Of a DNA stretch of 64,000 bases, positions 57,577 through 64,000 are shown one piece after another. How positions within the stretch are numbered: position 1 is the stretch's first letter; each line of letters opens with the position of its first letter. The notes beneath the pieces are model-generated. The model saw nothing but the letters and a program-made list of their open reading frames with translations. It had not been told where the DNA came from and did no database searches. The translations under genes and the position numbers were made by a program. The stretch is from Bacteroidales bacterium (GTDB taxonomy: Bacteria; Bacteroidota; Bacteroidia; Bacteroidales; Paludibacteraceae): the NCBI GenBank assembly GCA_021371875.1, contig JAJFVH010000135.1, positions 10,282 to 74,281 of the forward strand. The letters run 5' to 3'.

Positions 57577-58725
57577 TCAATAAGCATGATGATCGTTGTT
57601 TACATCTTCAATATCAGTGCGTTTTTTCTCCATAGCTCTCCAGGCGTAAAAAATATATCCGGCAACAAATGGGATCATCAACGATACAATCGACATGGCA
57701 TTCAGGGTGAATTTGCTTGATGAGGAATTGAAAATGGTCAATGAGCTTTGTAGGTTGGTTGATGAAGGGTAAAATGATGTGTTGTTGTAACCGGCTATAA
57801 GTAACAAGCAGCAAACGGTTACTATTGTGCCTGCCCCTGAGAACCAGATTCCTTTTTTGAATTTCTCCGACAATAAAGTTCCGATAATTCCCCATAAAAC
57901 GCTCACTACTCCTAAAAGAAACAGTACCAGAATTACAGGCATCTCTATCAGATTAGTAAAATATTTATACTTTTCGAGCGAAACTACTCCTGTTTGCGGA
58001 TCAACGGCAAAACCTTCGGACAATAAAGTCCAGATTACAAAAGCCAGAAAAAATACGAGGAAAGGAATTGCATTGTACAAAACGTATTTTCTCGAACGTT
58101 TCTCAAGTACCTCATGGCTTAATCGATTGATGAAAAACAATGAAGCCTGTGTGCGGGCAAGAAAAAATACTGCTAATCCCAACATCCAGTTACGTAAGTT
58201 CAATAAGGCTTCCAGCCCGTGCCATTCGTTACCCCACGAGCTGATGACAGGTTGAAACATTGAAGTGATATTTCCTTTATTAACAACAAAATCGGATCCG
58301 GTAAAAAATGTTGCAATAGCGACTCCGAGCAGTATCGTCCCCAATAAGCCGTTTATAAACAAGAAAGACTGGTAAGTCCTTTTGCCGTAAACATTCCCCG
58401 GTTTCGACTGAAACTCATAAGAAACCGCCTGCAAAGTAAAACAGAACAAAATAGCCATCCACACCCAGTAAGCTCCACTAAAACTGGTGGAGTAAAATAA
58501 GGGGAAAGAGGCAAAAAATGCACCGCCAAAAGTAACTAAGGTTGTAAATGTATATTCCCATTTGCGGCCTAAAACGTTCACTAACAAACGACGCTCATCT
58601 TCTGTCTTTGAAAGGGAGAATAACATCGATTGTCCTCCCTGTACGAATAGCAAAAAAGTCAGGATTCCACCCAGGAGTGAAATAATAAACCACCAGTAAT
58701 GCTGAAGAAATGAATATGTTATCAT
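57577..58725 (-). CDS. cydB: cytochrome bd ubiquinol oxidase subunit II
   Basis: LQHYWW, FVQGGQ, GRKWEYTFTTLVTFGGAFFASFP; start at MITYSF (58725). Confidence 0.94.
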   Translation of the reverse strand: MITYSFLQHYWWFIISLLGGILTFLLFVQGGQSMLFSLSKTEDERRLLVNVLGRKWEYTFTTLVTFGGAFFASFPLFYSTSFSGAYWVWMAILFCFTLQAVSYEFQSKPGNVYGKRTYQSFLFINGLLGTILLGVAIATFFTGSDFVVNKGNITSMFQPVISSWGNEWHGLEALLNLRNWMLGLAVFFLARTQASLFFINRLSHEVLEKRSRKYVLYNAIPFLVFFLAFVIWTLLSEGFAVDPQTGVVSLEKYKYFTNLIEMPVILVLFLLGVVSVLWGIIGTLLSEKFKKGIWFSGAGTIVTVCCLLLIAGYNNTSFYPSSTNLQSSLTIFNSSSSKFTLNAMSIVSLMIPFVAGYIFYAWRAMEKKRTDIEDVNNDHHAY

Positions 58726-58756
58726 AATATTTTGTTTGAAGTTGATTGTTTTTTTG

Positions 58757-58861
58757 AGTTTATAAAGTTTATAAAGTATAAAGTTTATAAAGTTGTTGGG
58801 GGGGGCAGATTCTTTTCTCATTTCCCAACTTTTTGCTTTATAAACTTTCCAACTTTCCAAC
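58757..58861. repeat. short inverted micro-repeat arrays between cydA and cydB
   Basis: AGTTTATAAAGTTTATAAAGTATAAAGTTTATAAAGTT on the left; TTTATAAACTTTCCAACTTTCCAAC on the right. Confidence 0.6.
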
Positions 58862-60412
58862 TCAATGTGTTTCCGGTCCTTTTTTTATTTGTTTAAGCAT
58901 TATTCTCACTTCGGCTACAAGCAGCGCTGTGAATAAAATAAGAAACAAGAAGAATGTAAGTTTTACCGATTCAGACGAAATGTTCGATATAGCAGCCTGT
59001 ACCGGCAAAACATCCTGAATAGCCCAGGGTTGACGGCCAACTTCGGCGACTACCCAACCCAGTTCGCCTGCAACATATCCCAGAGGAATTGTTAACAGCG
59101 AAATCCATAACAACCACTTTTGCTTTTCGATATTTTTTCGATAAACAAAAAATAAAACAACGACAAATAATGCGAGGAAATACATGCCTAAGCCCACCAT
59201 AAAATGGAACGAATAAAACACCATTGGTACATTTGGGATCAGTTCCTCCGGATTTTCAAGATAACCATATCCGAAATAGGCATAGTTTTCTTTTAAAACA
59301 GCTTTGTAAGTTGCAGCGGAAATTGTGTCCTTGGCAGCCATAGCTTTTTGATAATCGGCTAAAGCCCGGATGGCGGCTTTGCCGCGCGCTTTCTTTTCTG
59401 TAAAAGGCAGCGCTGTTCCTTTTGGAGTTTCATAACCACCTTCGATAATATCTTTTATCCCAGGGACAAACGCATCGAAATCGCGATAACCTAAAAATGA
59501 CAGCATACCCGGAACGGGAACAGGCATTTTCATAAGGAAAGGATCGATGGAGTCGTTATAAACTTTTTTATCAGGATTCAAGACTCCAAATGCCAGCAAA
59601 TCGGCATTGGTTTTTCCTTCATAAAGTCCTTCCATTACAGCCAGTTTCATGGGTTGCTTCTGTGATACATGGTAAGCAGAGCCATCGCCTGTCAATATAA
59701 TTAAAGCGGTTGCAATTACACCGAAAATTGCGCCTACTTTCATGCTTCGCAGGGCAAAGTCTGTGTCACGTTTTTTCAGCAGGAACCAGGCGCTTACACC
59801 TATTACAAACAGCGCCCCCAAAACCCAACCCGAAAATACGGTATGCAGGAACTTGTTGATAGCTACCGGCGACAATAATATGCTCCAGAAATCGATCATT
59901 TCGTTCCGGGTCATGTCGGGGTTGAACTCCATGCCGATCGGGTATTGCATCCAGGCGTTGGCGACCAGGATCCATAAGGCGGATAAAGTAGCTCCAAGAA
60001 CTGTTAACCAGGTCGATGCCAAATGGAATTTTTGGCTGACTTTATTCCATCCGAAAAACATGATGGAAATGAAGGTTGCTTCCATAAAAAAAGCCATGAT
60101 ACCTTCGATGGCTAAAGGTGCACCGAAAATATCGCCTACAAACCAGCTGTAATTTGACCAGTTTGTCCCGAATTCAAATTCGAGGATAATACCGGTGGCT
60201 ACACCAATGGCAAAATTGACCCCGAACAAAGTCATCCAAAACTTGGTGGCTTTTTTCCATTCTTCTTTCCCTGTTTTTACATACAGAGTTTCCATTACCG
60301 ACATTACGATACCCAGACCTAAAGTCAGCGGTACAAATAACCAGTGATACATGGCTGTCATGGCAAACTGTGCCCGTGACCACCCTAATAATGACACATC
60401 TAATAATTCCAT
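58862..60412 (-). CDS. cydA: cytochrome bd ubiquinol oxidase subunit I
   Basis: SRAQFAMTAMYHWLFVPLT, EFEFGTNW, QPMKLAVMEG, GWVVAEVGRQPW. Confidence 0.96.
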   Translation of the reverse strand: MELLDVSLLGWSRAQFAMTAMYHWLFVPLTLGLGIVMSVMETLYVKTGKEEWKKATKFWMTLFGVNFAIGVATGIILEFEFGTNWSNYSWFVGDIFGAPLAIEGIMAFFMEATFISIMFFGWNKVSQKFHLASTWLTVLGATLSALWILVANAWMQYPIGMEFNPDMTRNEMIDFWSILLSPVAINKFLHTVFSGWVLGALFVIGVSAWFLLKKRDTDFALRSMKVGAIFGVIATALIILTGDGSAYHVSQKQPMKLAVMEGLYEGKTNADLLAFGVLNPDKKVYNDSIDPFLMKMPVPVPGMLSFLGYRDFDAFVPGIKDIIEGGYETPKGTALPFTEKKARGKAAIRALADYQKAMAAKDTISAATYKAVLKENYAYFGYGYLENPEELIPNVPMVFYSFHFMVGLGMYFLALFVVVLFFVYRKNIEKQKWLLWISLLTIPLGYVAGELGWVVAEVGRQPWAIQDVLPVQAAISNISSESVKLTFFLFLILFTALLVAEVRIMLKQIKKGPETH

Positions 60413-60442
60413 AAATAATAATGTATTTGAAATAAAAGGTTA

Positions 60443-60652
60443 TTAATTCGATTTATTGATTAATTCCTGACGTACATGGTTGGCTTTACTCTCGTCGCTG
60501 TCGAAATTTGTGTTCAGATAATCGGGAAAGAAGAACACTTTTAGTATGGCAAACATTATGAAAAGTTTAATCAATACAATTAGCCACAATGTTTTACCGA
60601 CAGTCATGTTTTTAAATCCATCACGATAAAAAATATATAATTTATTAAACAT
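60443..60652 (-). CDS. DUF4492 small membrane protein of the cyd operon
   Basis: FYRDGFKNMTVGKTLWLIVLIKLFIMFAILKVFFFP; usual position upstream of cydA. Confidence 0.85.
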   Translation of the reverse strand: MFNKLYIFYRDGFKNMTVGKTLWLIVLIKLFIMFAILKVFFFPDYLNTNFDSDESKANHVRQELINKSN

Positions 60653-60949
60653 AAGTACTATCTGGCTTTGATAATTTATTAAAAAGACAATTTGGATTTT
60701 AACTTCGCAAAAATAGTAAAATATATGGAATAATTACAGAAATGAAGTGGATATTGTTGTGTTTTCCGGATATAAACCGGTGAAACTATAATTATGGCCG
60801 AAAGATAAGTTCTTTCTGCGAAATAACCATGTGAAATTCAAATTATTGTTTACGAAAATGTCCTAAAACATAAATTTTGAATCTAATCTGAAAAATTATT
60901 TTATTTTTTGAATAAAAAAATGAAGGCGGGGGAACAGGAGCAGGAACTT

Positions 60950-60990
60950 ATAAAAACAAAAAGCCGATCTATTTCGGCTTTTTGTTTTAT
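60950..60990 (-). terminator. terminator after recQ
   Basis: ATAAAAACAAAAAGCCGA-TCTATT-TCGGCTTTTTGTTTTAT. Confidence 0.8.
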
Positions 60991-61000
60991 CCATGAAAAT

Positions 61001-63187
61001 TTAATTTCCTATTTCGGATAAAAATTTAATTCTGACTAACCTGACTTCGGTTTCGCTGAAATCATCTTCTCCCAGTTCGCGTAATGCCGGTTCTATTTTA
61101 TCGGTTTCGGCCGAATTAAAATAGTCGAAAATCTCGTCTACGTGATCAGGGTCCATCACTTCTTCAAGAAAATAATCGATGTTGATTTTAGTCCCGGAAT
61201 ATACAATTGCCTCAATCTCGTCGAGCAATTCACCAATCTCAAGCCCTTTGGCCATTGCGATGTCATCTAATGCAATTTTTCTGTCAATTGACTGGATGAT
61301 GGATACTTTGAGTTTTGATTTGTTGGCAACTGTGCGGACGCGTAAATCCTCCGGACGGATAATTTCATTTTCTTTTACATGTTCTTTGATTACTTTCAAA
61401 AACTCTTCTCCATACCTTTTGGCTTTACCGGCTCCGACTCCGGGGATGTTTTGCAGTTCATCCATGGTAATAGGATAGCTTGTAGCCATTGCTTCAAGCG
61501 AAGGATCCTGAAATATTACAAAAGGGGGAACTTCCAGTCTTTTCGACAGTTTTTTTCTCAAATCCTTTAGGATTGAGAACAATACATCATCGGCGGCACA
61601 AGTGCCTCCCGTGCTTTTTGGGGATGATTCTTCCTCCTCATCCTCAAATTCATTGTCTTTAACAATAGGAAATGAGCTTGGGCTTTTCAGGTAAGCCTTT
61701 CCGTTTGTCGTAAGTTTTAACAATCCGTAATTTTCGATGTCTTTCGAAATATATCCGGCAATCATTGCCTGGCGAATGACGGCATGAAGTAATTTTTCAT
61801 CTTCATCGGATGCAGAACCGAAATTTTCGAGTTCATCATGTTGATAGGATTTGATGTCGGATGTTTCATTTCCTTTTAGAATATCAACAATATGTTCGGC
61901 TTTGAATTTTTCGCGAACAACTAAAATGGTTTCCAATACCAATGACAAGAGTTCTTGTCCTTCAATAAATTTACGTGGTTTCATACAGTTATCACAACAT
62001 CCGCAGTTTTCATTTTCATATTCTTCGCCGAAATAATGCAGGAGCAATTTTCGTCGACATACCGATGATTCCGCGTAGGCTTGTGTTTCTAATAATAATT
62101 GATTCCCGATTTCTTGTTCGGCAACGGGTTTGCCTTGCATAAATTTGCGTAATTTGTCTAAATCTTTATAGGCATAAAAAGCGATGCATTGTCCTTCGCC
62201 GCCATCGCGGCCTCCACGGCCTGTTTCCTGATAATATCCTTCGAGGCTTTTCGGCATATCGTAGTGGAGTACGAAACGTACATCAGGTTTGTCAATTCCC
62301 ATTCCAAAAGCTATGGTTGCAACAATTACCTGAACTTTTTCCATCAGAAACTTGTCCTGGTTCTCGCTTCTCACTACCGATTCCATGCCAGCGTGATAGG
62401 GAAGGCACGAAATACCATTCATACTCAGTGTTTCAGCCAATTCTTCAACTTTTTTGCGGCTCAAACAATAAATAATTCCTGATTTTCCGGCTTGTGAGCG
62501 GATATATTTTATGATGTCTTTATCTACGTTGTTTGTCTTGGGACGAACCTCATAATACAAATTTGACCGGTTAAATGACGATTTGAATACATTTGCATTC
62601 AGCATTCCGAGGTTTTTCTGTATATCATGTTGTACCTTGGGCGTTGCAGTAGCTGTTAGCGCTATTAGCGGCGCCACTCCGATTTCGTTTATTATCGGTC
62701 GAATCCGGCGATATTCGGGACGGAAATCATGCCCCCATTCCGAAATACAATGTGCTTCGTCCACCGCATAAAATGAAATTTTGAGTTGTTTTAAAAAATC
62801 AATATTTTCATCCTTGGTCAATGACTCGGGCGCCACGTATAAAAGCTTGGTTTTGCCCGATAATATATCTCCTTTTACCAAATCAATTGCCTGTTTCGAC
62901 AAAGATGAGTTGATAAAATGGGCAATCCCATCTTCTTCACTGAAATTGCGCATGGCATCCACCTGATTTTTCATCAGGGCAATCAATGGAGAAATTACAA
63001 TAGCAGTTCCTTCCATTATTAAGGAAGGCAGCTGATAACATAACGACTTGCCTCCTCCTGTTGGCATTAGTACAAATGTATCCTTCCCATCAAGAACATT
63101 TTGAATAATAGCTTCCTGATTTCCCTTGAAGCCATCGAATCCAAAGTTTTTTTTTAAGTGTTCGGTTAATACAGAATGTGTTGCCAT
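61001..63187 (-). CDS. recQ: ATP-dependent DNA helicase RecQ
   Basis: MPTGGGKSLCYQ, DEAHCISEWGHDFRP, YYQETGRGGRDG, Zn-binding cysteines, HRDC domain. Confidence 0.96.
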   Translation of the reverse strand: MATHSVLTEHLKKNFGFDGFKGNQEAIIQNVLDGKDTFVLMPTGGGKSLCYQLPSLIMEGTAIVISPLIALMKNQVDAMRNFSEEDGIAHFINSSLSKQAIDLVKGDILSGKTKLLYVAPESLTKDENIDFLKQLKISFYAVDEAHCISEWGHDFRPEYRRIRPIINEIGVAPLIALTATATPKVQHDIQKNLGMLNANVFKSSFNRSNLYYEVRPKTNNVDKDIIKYIRSQAGKSGIIYCLSRKKVEELAETLSMNGISCLPYHAGMESVVRSENQDKFLMEKVQVIVATIAFGMGIDKPDVRFVLHYDMPKSLEGYYQETGRGGRDGGEGQCIAFYAYKDLDKLRKFMQGKPVAEQEIGNQLLLETQAYAESSVCRRKLLLHYFGEEYENENCGCCDNCMKPRKFIEGQELLSLVLETILVVREKFKAEHIVDILKGNETSDIKSYQHDELENFGSASDEDEKLLHAVIRQAMIAGYISKDIENYGLLKLTTNGKAYLKSPSSFPIVKDNEFEDEEEESSPKSTGGTCAADDVLFSILKDLRKKLSKRLEVPPFVIFQDPSLEAMATSYPITMDELQNIPGVGAGKAKRYGEEFLKVIKEHVKENEIIRPEDLRVRTVANKSKLKVSIIQSIDRKIALDDIAMAKGLEIGELLDEIEAIVYSGTKINIDYFLEEVMDPDHVDEIFDYFNSAETDKIEPALRELGEDDFSETEVRLVRIKFLSEIGN

Positions 63188-63374
63188 AGTAGTGACTTTT
63201 GTCTAAAAAATGGTTTGCGAAAGTAGTATTTATTGTCGAAATAAAAGCAAGTTATCCGATATTTTTGCTGTTTTTCAGTAAGTTTTTTGATATTTGAGCT
63301 ATACTTAAACAGCTTTTAATTATAAAACAAAATTATAAACAGATTTTAAATATACAAGACTTTTTGAAAAAAAA

Positions 63375-63411
63375 ACAGGATATTAACCAATTTATTTTGT
63401 TAATATCCTGT
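63375..63411 (-). terminator. terminator after clpX
   Basis: ACAGGATATTAAC-N11-GTTAATATCCTGT, T-tract on the minus strand. Confidence 0.7.
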
Positions 63412-63457
63412 ATGGTTTACTTAAATAGTTATGAAACAGAAACGTATGTAAAAGTAC

Positions 63458-64000
63458 CTATGCAATTTTTAATCGGTTAATATTCGTTTTTTCAATTTTG
63501 CTTTGGGCGTAATCGAGTGTGATATGAAGTTTTTTCTCGTTTTTCGAGGGCATTTCATACATTTTATCCATGATAATCGTTTCGGTTATCGACCTCAAAC
63601 CCCGTGCGCCCAGTTTAAACTCGATGGCTTTGTCGACAATATAATCCAACACTTCATCTTCAAAAACAAGGTCAATTTGATCCATTTTGAATAATTTTGT
63701 GTATTGTTTGATGATGGAATTTTTGGGCTCGGTAAGGATGCGACGCAACGCATGGCGATCGAGCGGTTCAAGATAAGTGAGGATAGGTAAACGTCCGATA
63801 ATTTCGGGAATCAATCCAAATGATTTCAGGTCCTGGGGCGCAATATATTGGAGAAGATTGTTTTTGTCGACCTGTTCGTTTTCCAATGCTGCATTATAAC
63901 CTACGACCCTTGTATTCAGCCGGGATGCTATTTTCTTTTCTATGCCATCGAATGCGCCTCCGCAAACAAACAAGATATTCTGGGTGTTTACGGCAATCAT
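63458..64000 (-). CDS. clpX: ATP-dependent Clp protease ATP-binding subunit (3' part; runs off the window)
   Basis: NILFVCGGAFDG, FGLIPEIIGRLP, LTEPKNSIIKQY, GARGLRSI. Confidence 0.95.
   Translation of the reverse strand: MIAVNTQNILFVCGGAFDGIEKKIASRLNTRVVGYNAALENEQVDKNNLLQYIAPQDLKSFGLIPEIIGRLPILTYLEPLDRHALRRILTEPKNSIIKQYTKLFKMDQIDLVFEDEVLDYIVDKAIEFKLGARGLRSITETIIMDKMYEMPSKNEKKLHITLDYAQSKIEKTNINRLKIA

Overview
AT-rich chromosomal segment of an anaerobic or microaerophilic Bacteroidales bacterium (Paludibacter-like by gene content and TAnnTTTG promoters; the taxon is an inference). Left to right: pyrE-SRPBCC-argH; a ~19 kb polysaccharide utilisation locus (GH130 beta-1,2-mannoside phosphorylase-like, MFS, two paralogous uncharacterised ~530-aa enzymes, SusC/SusD, LamG lipoprotein, GH13, divergent HTCS); secDF; tRNA-fMet plus a decayed tandem copy; an E. 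coli-type aceE-aceF-lpdA operon; a TonB-dependent receptor plus a free copy of its N-terminal domain; M64 peptidase; metH; cdaA-folP; gldJ-like; asnS; korAB; a tyrosine phenol-lyase-like enzyme; aroK; an acyltransferase; priA; an HU-like gene with 22-bp tandem repeats; cydAB; recQ; partial clpX. The most striking feature is a ~595-bp element inserted in frame in metH. It has 35-bp GC-rich palindromic terminal inverted repeats, encodes an intact-looking DUF559 (Vsr-like) endonuclease, and has no intein signatures. A degenerate, gene-less relative may lie between SRPBCC and argH. The second highlight is the PUL, whose two paralogues are candidates for an uncharacterised glycoside hydrolase family. 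All family calls come from recalled motifs, not database searches.
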